Shown in pieces: positions 40,501 to 52,369 of a DNA stretch of 64,000 nucleotides. The notes under the pieces are model-generated. The model had not been told where the DNA came from. It did not search any database and saw nothing but the letters and a program-made list of their open reading frames with translations. The DNA is taken from the NCBI RefSeq assembly GCF_002113885.1, contig NW_018408800.1, positions 262,907 to 326,906 on the forward strand, written 5' to 3'. This DNA comes from Mizuhopecten yessoensis. Taxonomy: Eukaryota. Made by a program: the position numbers and the translations under genes. Numbering within the stretch: position 1 is the stretch's first letter; each line of letters opens with the position of its first letter.

Positions 40501-43500
40501 GGTGACCCTTTGAATAGTTAAAGAATAATAAGACCAGGTGTTCCCAAAAGGTAAGTGATTTTTGCCACATCGATGACTCTAGATCAAGTCTTAGGAATGC
40601 CAACTTCTCAAACTAAGAGCCGAGAAGGTGACAACGAAACCAACAAAGTACATTAACAATATAGAGGTAGAATAGAATAGTTCTCAATAGGATCATGATA
40701 TCTACAATAAAACTGGCCTATACTTGCCTAAAAAACAGTTTATATGATTATACACATTTGCAAAAGTTCATAGTTTTATTTTGGTTATCTTTTGACATAA
40801 AAAAATACAGTATTGATCAACATTACTGTTTCACCTAGCCGAGCGGTACTACTTAGAACCTGCATTAAATATAATATGGCAATCTATCATTTAAACAATT
40901 CAATTGAAAGTAATTTTGTTCTTCTCTGTATTAACGATGTATGAAATACTGTTATGGCTTTTGGCTGTCGTAAATATGTGGTGATATCAACCTTAAACAG
41001 TTATATTGACCGGTCTTTGCAATTAGTTTCATATCACATCATTTTCACCATCCAAAAGGCCCATAATAGTACAATTTCTTTTTTATCATACAATATGCTA
41101 CATTAAACAGCTATGGCATAGATGTCGAACTTGCCAAATTTAAGTTCTTGATATTTCATAATGCATTGTGTTAATTTATACTTACTACCCATCTCTTTGA
41201 ACTGTTGAAAGGCAGTTAACCACACTTGTTCTGCAGTAAACGTAGATAAAATGTCTCCATATTCATCTAAAGCCATACATTTCTTTTTAGCAACCCCACA
41301 ATACACACAGCTTTTCGGGCATTTGTATTTAAACGTTTCTGTTGGAGAAAACGTTGTTACTATCACACTAGAGACATGTGCATGTCCAGTAGTTCCTTGA
41401 ATAATAGATGCAGTTCTATCCTGGGAATGTCCATGTCCTCCTTTAGTCCTAGGTGGTCTGTCATATGAGGTAGACATGTCCTGGGAGTGTTCATGTCATC
41501 CTTTAGTCTTAGGTGGTCTGTCATATGAGGGAGACGTGTTGGAATAATCCTGGGTGTGTTCATGTCCTCCTTTAGTCCTAGGTGGTCTGTCATATGAGGG
41601 AGAAATGTTGGAATAATCCTGGGAATGCCCACGTCCTCCTTTAGTCTTAGGTGGTCTGTCATTTCTCCCTCATATGACAGCCTTCCTAGGACTAAAGGAG
41701 GACATGTTGGAATAATGCTGGGAATGCCCACGCCCTCGTTTAGTCTTAGGTGGCTTGTCATATGAGGGAGAGATGTTGGAACAATCCTGGGAATGCCCAC
41801 GCCCTCGTTTAGTCTTAGGTGGTCTGTAATATGAGGGAGACATGACCTGGGAGTGTTCATGACCTCCTTTAGTCTTAGGTAGTCTGTCATATGAGGTAGA
41901 CATGTCCTGGGAGTGTTCATGTCCTCCTTTAGTCTTAGGTGGTTTGTCATATGAGGGAGAAATGTTGGAACAATCCTGGGAATGCCCATGTCCCCCTTTA
42001 GTCTTAGGTGGTCTGTCATATGAGGGAGACATGTCCTGGGAGTGTTCATGCCCTCCTTTAGTCTTAGGTGGTCTGTCATATGAAGGAGACATGTCCTGGG
42101 AGTGTTCATGTCCTCCTTGAGTCTTAGGTGGTTTGTCATATGAGGGAGAAATGTTGGCCCAATCCTGGGAATGCCCATGTCCCCCTTTAGTCTTAGGTGG
42201 ACTGTCATATGAGGGATACATGTCCTGGGAGTGTTCATGTCCTCCTTTAGTCTTAGGTGGTCTGTCATATGAGGAAGACATGTTGGAACAATCTTTGGAA
42301 TGCCCACGTCCTCCTTTAGTCTTAGGTTCCTTGTCATTTGAGGGAGACAGGTTGGAACAATCCATGGAATGCCCATGTCCTCCTTTAGTCTTAGGTGGTT
42401 TGTCATATGAGGCAGACATGTCCTGGGAGTGTTCATGTCCTCCTTTAGACTTAGGTGGTCTGTCATATGAGGAAGACATGTTGGAACAATCTTTGGAATG
42501 CCCACGTCCTCCTTTAGTCTTAGGTTCCTTTTCATTTGAGGGAGACAGGTTGGAACAATCCATGGAATGCCCATGTCCTCATTTAGTCTTAGGTGGTTTG
42601 TCATATGAGGGAGACATGTCCGGGGAGTGTTCATGTCCTCCTTTAGACTTAGGTGGTCTGTCATATGAGGTAGACATGTCCTGGGAGTGTTCATGTCCTC
42701 CTTTAGTCTTAGGTGGGCTGTCATATGAGGGATGCATGCTGGAATAATCCTGAGAGTGTTCATGTCCTCCATTAGTCCTAGGTGGTCCCATAGGAGGAAT
42801 TGAAAGTGAGAGGCCACTCATTGTTCCACCAACTTGAGTTTTGGTTGGATGAATGGATGCGGGATATGACTCTGTGCTAAATGGAGGTCTGTTTGTTGAG
42901 ACTCGCATCGGGATCGTTGCATGTGTCCACGGCACTACAAAGTGAAATACTATCAGGATCACGTAGGCCCTTGAACACGTGTTACTGTATCCTAAAAGGG
43001 ACACTTTGGTATTGTGTCAAACGGGTTTCTGATTAAATTTGTTCTCCAAACTAGCATTAGCTTTGATAAAAAAACCTTTTGAAAATGATATCAAAATAAA
43101 TAGAGTCGTACGGCACTTCATTTACGAAAGTTTTGTTTTAGTCATTATGCTTACCTTTAATTTGTCCATGTAACGATAAATACTAGACAATAAAGCGTAC
43201 ATACAGTTAAATTGTCAGAAAAATATCATCAAGTGAAACCTGCATGTATAAAAGTACTTCTTTGCATTGCATGGCAGTTTTAGGCCGTTTTCCCACAAGT
43301 GTCCCGTTTTGGGTACAGTGACGTTACAGTGTCCATTGACTATAATGAACGAATCCTGTCACACACACATTTTAATCAAATAGTCCAATTACACTCATTG
43401 GTTATGATGAACGATGTCTGTCGCACTCATATATAAGAACGAACTAGTGCAATAAAAGTACGTGTGTTAACATGAACAAGGCATATCACACCTAAATAAA

Positions 43501-46500
43501 AGAATGAACAAGACCATTCACACACACATGCTAGAATAAAATAGTTGTGTCACCCTTTAGAATGAACTAGGTATATGATACAAATGTGATAGAATGAAAT
43601 ATGCAAATGACATGTGTTGGAATCACGTACATGGTACATCTAATAAGCACATGTGTTAAATTTAATAACTATACCACACACCTATGATCAAGAACGAACT
43701 AGTCCTATCACATGCGCATGTGTTAGAAGGATATATGCCTATCACAAACACGTGATAAACTAATATTTAGTTGAAAGACTGTTCATCGGCACAATGATTC
43801 GTTCAGTTGGTACACGATTACGAATTTATATCACAATTTGAATATACATTTGCATCTGGTGAAAACACTACAGCCATTGAAATCGTTTGAGTTGAAATGA
43901 ATGTAATTCTAAATCGACCACAACATATTTAAAGCAGCTTTTTTTTTTTACAACAGGATAAACATTTCAATTGTAAACCTTTACACAGACGGACATAGTG
44001 TTATTTATTGTTACAAGTATATACACAGTTACATCCTGTTATAACAAAATGGATACCAACAAAGTTCTTGACTGGACTGTTACCGGTATGGATAACAAAA
44101 TGGTTTATACAAAATACAAATTTAGTGTAAGATTCGAACGCAACCCTACTAAAGTGTAAATCACCTCAAAAGTGTTTACGTCTCTCGTTTTACATCAAAA
44201 CATCATATGTGACGTAAATCAGCTTTCTCTTAAAAGCAATATTTGATATCTTGCTTCAACAAAAATAACAACGGATTCAAGTACTTACACGTTGATTTAG
44301 TCTTCCTAAGTAAGATCAATTTGACGTTAAGTTTAGCTATCCGATTGAGAAATAGCTAAGTCATTTAGCAGTCTCATATTAAATAAAAGAATAATGTTTG
44401 TAAGAAGGATACATGATAGCGTATTCTGCACATGATGCTTATAACATGTCAAGCTCATTTGATCTGTTTATACAAGTTACAGGAACGTCATATTATTATT
44501 TTTTATGTTTTCGACTGGCCCTTACCATCATGATGTAAGACAGGCGTGAATTGCAACAGCTAACAAAAGGGGAAAGAATAGCTCCACAGGATATCTGTAT
44601 ATAAATGAACATCAGATAAGTAGCAATTTCCTATCATTCTGTTTGGTTACAAAAGATTGACATGTTATAATATCAGTAAACTATTTTTATGAAGGCATCG
44701 GCCATAATTTCTCATTGCAGACTAAGCAATATTCGTTCTGTATTATCTTAATGAACAGGGCCCAGTTGTTCAAAAGAGGATTAGCTTAATAACTGTTTAA
44801 CGACATTTTTTGATAAGAACGCAGCACACATATTGTATCACGTCACGCTTAAACACATAACCGTTATATCAAATTCATAACAAAGTGGAATGTTAAAACA
44901 AGCATTGTTATGAGGTCCCAGCGGGAGGCACTACTTAGTATATCTCATAGACTCAAATGAAAAGCACACCTGCATATGCACACACACACGCGTTCACATG
45001 CAACAAGAAGTATGATGCAGGCCGTTACTCAACTTTACACGTGTACATAAGTAATTATTTCATTTCGTATTGCTCAAATTAAATACATTTTATTCAGTAT
45101 TGTTCACATTTTATCAAAAGCTGAAAGAATTTATATTTGCATTTTTCTGTAACTTTTCTTAATGAAACGCTTTCTTAATTATGTATTATATTCAGATTGA
45201 ATTGAAAATGAAATGCATGCTCAATATCGCGCTGCTACTATGTTTTTGTTAAATATGGTTGAAGACATCACTTGGGAGATGAAATTAGCTGTTCTTATAA
45301 TTCTTGTAAAACTCACATTCTAAGTTTGATAATAATTTAATTTTCTATCATTTCCCGATAACACAACTGTCTTCAGAATTTAACTTACTCCAAACATCTA
45401 ATATCTTACTTTCAAATTCAGTTTTCATAATTCAAAATACATCAAAAATATAAATTGAAATAATACGTAGTCGTGTTTAAAAAATAACATGATTTTTCTT
45501 GTACACTTATGATTGGTATCCTTAAGTCTTACTTCTATTTGCGCTCGTTTGCCATGGTACTATGTCTGCTTTCCATTAAAACAAATATTAATAAACCGAA
45601 GTAATTAAAGTCATAAATTACCTTCTAAAAATCCGTTAAAATATCATTTATTTTCCTCAACAATATAGTACTTATTTAGCTTTATTAAGTGTTGATTCAC
45701 ATCTTTAAACACTAAGTGTAAAATTGCGTCTCATAAAGCGAAATACAGTAAAAACATCAATCATGTCATATTTATTACTGTATACTATAATTGATTTATG
45801 AAAAATTAAACAGTTTATGCAAAAACTAATAACTAAACCATCTAGTATAATTTGATATATAACCAACAGAGGTCATTGTTTTTAGTGCCTCCGCTAGGGG
45901 TCGAATCTGGAACCTCTGGTTTAATACAAAAGGAATGTTAGAGCATTCTTCCTAATCGAGAAGGTGGAAAACAGCTAGAAGTTTACCAAGGTGAAATATG
46001 ACATTGTAAAACATCGATAATTGATTGAATTCAGCTTGTAAACAAGCATTAAAGTTCTTTTTCTAAAAGCGGATTCTAAAATAACATGTTTACGCAATCG
46101 ATATATAAATAAACATGGTAATCTTGCTAGTAAAATACATGTGCTAGATAAAAGTTACATACATATTGATGCAATCGACATATATACAATGTAAGGTTAT
46201 ATCACAGTTTAACAGTTATCTTAGTTAAGAGTATCATAGAATGCATAAAGTTTCATGCAAAGATATTTCATCAATTAAATGGCATGTGCCTAATATACAT
46301 ACATGCTAATATAGCAAACAATAAAAATTGACATAGTTATATGCTAATATAGCATAATCTAAAATATTGATTTAATTATTTAATTAACTATCAGTCCTTT
46401 TTCCAAAACTTATTTGAAATACACTCCACTGAAAAATGTGAAACACAATCTTATCTTCGCCATGTTACAATACATATTTTAATTTCGCTCTGACAAATAA

Positions 46501-48270
46501 TAAAATACATACCTTGGACACCAAGCACCACTGCAAGGAAAAAACAGTATTTGATTCACTCAGTTATTTTAGCGTATTCGCAACCAATTAGTATTTTCTC
46601 CTTGAGCTTATTTATATCATTAAATGTCAATAATCCGTGCCAGTTAACAGACGAAGAGAACATTATGTGAATCGAAAAAGACAAGGCAATCACTGATACC
46701 GATAGTTTCGAAAGGAAATGTCCCTGAAGTTGAGAATGTGAAATGATCTACTTACAATGGTCACCTTAAAATTACGTTTGTTTTCATGTGTGCAGTGGGT
46801 AAATCTTTGTGAAATACAAGTCCACTCAGAAAAGAGAAGTCATATATATAAACTATTGTTTACCCGGTGTTACTATAATTTACACTACGGTAATGGAATG
46901 CCCGATACGCAATACGGAAATGACGACAGGAAAATACGACAAGAAAAACATGTGTATTACGAAGGGTGGAAAGTCCTGAAGATATGGTTGTTAACAACTG
47001 CAAATTTTGGAAATAATTTTGATTGTTTTGCTTTTCATTTAGTAAAAACCTGAAATGCTATTTTGCTTCAAAACTCTTTAATTGTTTTTAATCAAAACCT
47101 CTATCATCTTTTCTCACTATCTTGTATTTACCCCTTTGTATATATTGACACGGACTTAGATAGCAAGGACTTAGTCTAATCTAATTCCGTGATATTGATA
47201 TCAAGTTTTATAGAAACAAATGTATTTAAGATGACGCCATTATGGAGAAAACATAAATGTAACAAAAACCAATCATTACATCATTACATATACTAGGAAT
47301 TGAACTAGGCAGGGTCCAAACACGACATATTTTGAATAGTGGTCAATGATGTCAAAGGGGCGATTAGTCCTTACGACTAAATTACGTTTCAGTACAAGCT
47401 TTGTTAAAGGCTGTTATTGTAACGGCGTATTGCTCATTTAACGGTTGAATCTTGCCTCTGTTGATCTCATGATGCATTGAGTTTGTCTTAAGAATGGAAT
47501 TAAAAAATAATAAACTCTTTTTCCTCGAAAGATTATTCAATGGCCCTGTGTAATATAATTCATCTATTATATACCTAAGTCTAGGTGATAATACGTTTCT
47601 CGCCGAGAGAGTGAGTCGAGTATACATAATTATGTGTTTTTTTTGTCAGAACTACATCCTCGATATCCAGGGGTTATGCTCACTAAAAAAAAGTGACCAA
47701 TCGCTAGGCTGTCCTTTGAAGATTACAAAGGAGCTACACTCGACTTCAAAGCCTGTCGAGTTTTACCGACCGCGAGATTCGTTTGATGTACATCAAAGGA
47801 TCGAACTGGTCTTCTTGTCTCATCAACAACGTGGCGCACACTGAGCCTTCAATTTGGCTATGGCATATTCCAGGGGTGCAGAGAGCGAAAGTGAGCATAA
47901 CCCCTGGATATCGAGGATGTAAAAACTAAGGGAACCCTTTGAAGTCGAAGCACGGTCAAGCTACTTCATCATCAAATGTTTTTCACCACCTTTGGTATCT
48001 TAAAAATAATGAAATTGCTACTTTTGGCTAATAGGTAAAAATGTGTTATTCTTCTTTAAAACTGAGAATTAGAAAACTAGTTAAAAGAACACTTTTTCTT
48101 AACACGACCAAGAGTATTAACTTATTTCAAGCTCAGTCAAGCCTCTACCGTCTCCCCCTCCTTGTATTAGACAATACTAAACGTTATTGGTACGAAGACT
48201 TTTATTTAATAAAGCAAATTAATACAATTAACTTACCTCCGTAAAGGAGAGCACAACAAAACCACGCCAT
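19581..48270 (-). CDS. Gene B: otoancorin-like (OTOA/STRC/MSLN family) GPI-anchored glycoprotein, 26 exons, ~1175 aa if the short exon 3 is used
   Basis: Exons: 48237-48270, 46513-46530, 41186-41338 (long form to 42934 has stops), 39761-39936, 37980-38114, 37628-37791, 36842-37034, 35573-35685, 34133-34235, 32750-32947, 32417-32461, 30068-30250, 29586-29735, 28081-28263, 27706-27833, 26982-27111, 26548-26744, 25293-25380, 24847-25060, 24389-24570, 23675-23827, 23332-23477, 22386-22528, 21854-21951, 20505-20631, 19581-19654. Sum is 3528 nt, in frame to TAG. Signal peptide MAWFCCALLYGVVLGVQ. C-terminal motifs resemble the otoancorin/stereocilin family: LTCSNIQ..QLSSLADQEFTSCIETLG, LGAPSTWS, LRSLGHITCG, AYGSDVTTW..NIGITIGGL, IPPATFAGFTVEQ. 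Hydrophobic tail DNGAGTVTSSVMLALVLSLAVVYQ*. Confidence 0.85.
20057..20359 (-). mobile_element. tRNA-derived SINE in the last intron of gene B
   Basis: Minus strand: GGCAGTCTAGTGGT (A box), GGTTCGAGTC (B box), central TTGAGCAAG..CAGCTGTAAATGAGTAC, LINE-like tail ending in (TTA)n. Confidence 0.75.
20729..21410. mobile_element. Possible degraded hAT-like MITE
   Basis: Starts TAGGGTTG, with clusters of AACCG(A/T)T sub-terminal motifs at both ends; the right TIR is degraded. Confidence 0.35.
25620..26165 (-). repeat. Dispersed repeat, copy 2, inverted relative to copy 1 (gene B intron 17)
   Basis: TTGAAAATCCAATGTAGGGAGACAGT ... TTCAGGAAACCGGCTACC ... CACAATCCTATTAC. Confidence 0.8.
28641..29025 (+). 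repeat. 55-bp minisatellite, 7 copies (gene B intron 13)
   Basis: Unit CTCCTGATGTGTGACTTCATTACCTAGCTTCTAATATTGAAAGTCTATTTCCTAG. Confidence 0.95.
30400..32230 (+). repeat. 36-bp minisatellite, ~45 regular plus ~5 divergent copies (gene B intron 11)
   Basis: Unit GAACACATGTTTCCAGTGTCGGACGCTATCAACTCA; explains the repetitive ORFs on both strands. Confidence 0.95.
41420..42790 (-). repeat. 60/69-bp tandem repeat encoding (PPKTKGGHEHSQD[CSN]MSPSYDR)n; disrupted or intronised part of gene B exon 3
   Basis: ORFs 42579-43004, 41670-42563 and 41103-41477 share one frame, separated by TGA at 42579-81, 41670-72 and 41496-98. A 198-bp higher-order period is visible (42271 vs 42469). Confidence 0.85.
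43350..43770 (+). repeat. Highly degenerate ~30-bp tandem repeat
   Basis: Recurrent ACAC(A/G)TGT..TAGAATGAAC..GTC motif. Confidence 0.4.
47655..47919. mobile_element. MITE with perfect 30-bp terminal inverted repeats and TA target-site duplication (gene B intron 1)
   Basis: TA-CATCCTCGATATCCAGGGGTTATGCTCACT at the left end and AGTGAGCATAACCCCTGGATATCGAGGATG-TA at the right end; no coding capacity. Confidence 0.85.
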
Positions 48271-48280
48271 TGTGTAATTA

Positions 48281-48301
48281 ATCCCTGACCAGCAGGGACT
48301 T
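48281..48301 (-). promoter_or_regulatory. Conserved hairpin/palindrome 11 nt upstream of gene B ATG
   Basis: Minus strand reads AAG-TCCCTG-CTGGT-CAGGGA-T; compensatory C-G vs T-A difference relative to gene A. A TATA-like TTATAATTATA lies just upstream (~48314-48324). Confidence 0.55.
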
Positions 48302-51300
48302 TTTCAGTTCACATATAATTATAAGCAACGGAAACTTTGTTCATATCCAACAACGCAAAAGACACTGCGCATTATTATGATATTATTACCTATTTATATG
48401 AGCGTAAATATTGGGATAAAGCCAGTTACCATAAACGGAGCTTGATCTGATTGCATGATTGCAACAGGTAAATCTACACCGTTTGGCGACATTGTTTTGT
48501 GGAAAAATCGTGACTTATAGTCAAATGTAAATGACAGATACACATCAGACTAGCGTATGTTTTAATGCGAAGGACCATTACTAGCAGATCGTATGTCATT
48601 CGTTATTATCATTTAAAAAGTCAAGTAATATATCTAGTCAACAGGTCGAGCAGATATCAACTGAACCACCTCCTTATCTTCAATATTGACGCTTTACAAA
48701 CGATATCAAACGAATAACGAACGGACGGTCTTCCGAACAGACAGCCTTCCGAATGTCAAGTGACCGATTTGATAGAGAGAAATTGAAGTTAGTCCCGTTG
48801 TAGACTGACACAGCAGAAATTTACCATGCATGCGTTTAAAGTATGCACTGAGAGTATTCCTATTTAGGGCACTCCGGAAAAGGACAAATTCTGATTAATT
48901 TGAAACTAACTAGTTAATGATAAACTCTTTCTTCATGGAGAGGATATTTCTGGGACAAATTTACATGCTTTGTTGAGAAACATATAACATATGCTATATA
49001 TATTTTTGTGTCGGAAAGGTCCATTTTACATAGAAAAATACTGAACAGTTCAAATCAAGCTCTCATTTATCTCGTACATAGAACTATTTGTAGAATTACA
49101 TGGAATAAACTGGTAGAGTTTAATCAATTATATATATCTCAAAGTCGTCTCGAACATTGTATATATAGAAAAAAAACTGGTAGCCTATCATAAATACACG
49201 GCAAAGATAATTTGTACATAATCAAGCCAAAAGAGTTAAACAATATACCTGTCGAAACTGTCCCGTATCTTAACACAGAACAAGCGTTTAGCTGATATGT
49301 ATGTATATATTTATAGGTCGCTAACATGGAACTTCGATGCAGTGTTGTCATGCATTGAGGCGTAAACTGATATGAATGGACACTAGTATATCTAATACCA
49401 CTAACTGGTTTACGCCAAGTACCTACTTGTATGTGTTTAATACACGATCTTAAAATGAGTTGTCAACTCAAAACTTATAACCGTGTGAGATTTAATACTC
49501 AGCAAATATCGAAATTATACCGAAACTAACAAATTATGTAAACTTAATAAAAAAATAAACTGTGTTTCTTTTATATTTGTATCCATATAGTTTCCTTAGT
49601 ATATAGTTGTGTATTAATTTGTAACAATCAGTATTTCAAATACCGCATGCACAAATACATATTTGGTTTTAAGTACACATCATGTCCATTGAATGTTAAA
49701 AACATGTTGAGAGAATTATCGACAGCTGAAAAAGTTCAAATTAAAGTCAGGCGCGGGACATCAAACATTACGAGTACTTGTGTGAGCATGGTGCAATTCA
49801 CATTCGAAAACTTTCATAGAATATATGTTTTGTGCATAGCGTTTAAAAATTGTCATATGTATCAATTGAAACCTTTACATAAAGTAACGTTGATAGGCGG
49901 TGAAAAATTGCAGTCAATCACACAAGTGTCCATCTGTTCTATATAGCACGTAACTGTTATATGTTGGGGAAATTGATTGTGTACTTTTGTTTGTTAAACT
50001 TGTATATTATCGACTGTATCAGTTGAAATTGGAGTTTTTTTTGTACATTTCAGTGTTAATCAAACAGCTGGATGTATTACTTTTCCCACATGACGGGATT
50101 AATATGTATAACGGCTTTATCAACACCGTATGTCGGAAAGCGCTGCTACTCTTTCATCGTCGTCTTTTAAATTCATTACAGGTTTCACATTAATTATTCG
50201 AAAAAAAGCTATATAGACGCATCGCTAAATTTATAAGAAATTGACATATGTGTCGATCAGTTCAAAAATATAGTGATCTATTAGCATTAAATGAGGCCAG
50301 ACCAGACCAGAACAAAACTGACAGAACCATGTTTTATTGTATGTCGAAAGTTTTCGTCTTATACATTAATTTACACAACTCATATTCTCTACGTCCTATA
50401 TGTCAGCACCTCTTAGTTTGCTTTGCTCAAGTTACTTTCCATTTACGAAGCTCCTGGTGTATTTATTGCGAGGAATTTACATAACTCTTGCTTTGTCTCC
50501 TATTCATATCGTATACATTTAGCGATAGGGATGGTATCATATAAATATATTAAATATAACAAAGTTTCAAATGAAAATTTTGCTCCATAACCTGAGGTTA
50601 ATTGTATTACTCGTTTCATGTATATCTTTTCACAACATCTTGTGGATCCTTCAACTTAGATTCAAGGAGATTGAAAGTACATGTATGCTGTTAATTGTGC
50701 CAACCTTGAATATCCCTCGTATTCAAAAACAATATAACCACAATGTTTGTAAAATAACTGGTCAATTTATTCATAAAAATAGAGCAATTGTAATCCATTA
50801 AAATCATTTATGAAATCCCACACATATGATTCAGATGAGGTAAATGATAAAGATAGTAAGTAAACCATAACATTGATTGAATATATGAACGATTCATAAC
50901 GCTGTTAGACATTCTGGAAACAATATGAGAGTTGCTTCCCTTTGGCTCTGGCAGCTTTACTAGAAACGCCGTATGTTCAGATTATAGATTAATGCTAGCT
51001 GTAAAATCGTTTTGAATAGATTCTCTTAATCTTACTGATTTAAATAAACGGTCAATTTCATGGCAAAATGCTTGATAAATAATGAAATTTATTTAAAACT
51101 GAACCTCTATGCGTAAAAAGTTGCTATTATAACCCAAAAAATAAAATAATAACGAAACTAGTAATATCTATTCAAACATACATAAAGAAAACTAGTTTGA
51201 AACTTGGGCTAACGGAGCATGAGGCTTCTCGTCTATTCCAAACTAAATGGTAGCTACTTTACTGCGATGCTATAAATGTTGTATAGATAGTTGCATATGG

Positions 51301-52369
51301 TCAGCTTTCAGACAATACATTATATACAAACTCTGTTAATTGAATAACAGGAAATATACAAATGTATACAATTGTGATATAGTTAAATAACAGTGACAGG
51401 ACTGATATGATATGAATTGTAATTCTAATGAATGCACTGCTTTCTATGTTTTTGGAGTCTCAGAACAAGATACACACACGTGTATTATTTACATTTGCGC
51501 TGCAACCCACTATATGAACACTACCAGCAGAAATGCATTTCATTGAAGTATGAAAGCAGAAACCCCCACATGACGTGACACGTGATTTAATTATGACGTC
51601 ATACATTAACCTTAGTCAATGTGAGTCTTCGCTTCGGATAAAACATTGCGGGCTTCATGCAATATGGATGTAACCGTTTTGCGTTTATACCGGCATGAAA
51701 ATTTAAAAAACGCCGTTCAATTACTATATATATATTAAACGCTTGAGTTATGCTTAAATTCAGACCTCACGAGCGGTTGCATCTATATATTTTTGAGTTA
51801 AAAGCAGCACACATGCCGTATCATTGCAGCATAAAAGCGTTGCGGTGAGATTGGTACCAATAAAGAAATCAATGAGTGATATTTGAAATCGTATGCGTCC
51901 TTCTGAGTAACAGATGTCTGAATATAAATATACTGTACATACACTTATTTACATTGTATTAGTGTGTAGACTTGTCCTAGACAATAACATGCAGTCATAC
52001 CACCATAAACACTAGCATTTTTATATTCGGCAGAATGATAAACTTGCATAAGTAGTATCTTCAAAATAATGTACAGGGTCATCACATATATGCTCTTTCG
52101 TAACTTCTCTCCTTCGATTTTTTTATCATTAGTAAAGAGCGAGCATTACTATTTAATAATACTGATGCTCAAATAGTTTCATGAAATACAGTCCGTCATT
52201 AATTGGCAAAGATAGAACAACATATATTGTTGCGTGTTATCAAATCCGATTAGTAATGGTTAAAACCGTTGGTATTTTATGTTCTTTTACACAAGGCAAT
52301 GCATTGATCACAAGCACTTATTCCTACGGAGCTTAACCCCTAGCACAAAGGGAAGTCGAACCCGAATGT

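Noticed and set aside
41496-42581. All three in-frame stops are TGA, suggesting selenocysteine recoding
   Set aside because: Two replace Gly (GGA) rather than Cys and one results from the inversion. I could not identify a SECIS by eye.
41363-42817. 484-aa uninterrupted minus-strand ORF across the His-rich array
   Set aside because: It is an alternative frame of a 3n-periodic repeat. It is out of phase with the upstream acceptor and the conserved Cys motif, and it stops at 41363.
43155-43182. Candidate 28-nt exon with AG/GTAAG boundaries upstream of gene B exon 3
   Set aside because: Not a multiple of 3, and it introduces a stop if joined directly to exon 2.
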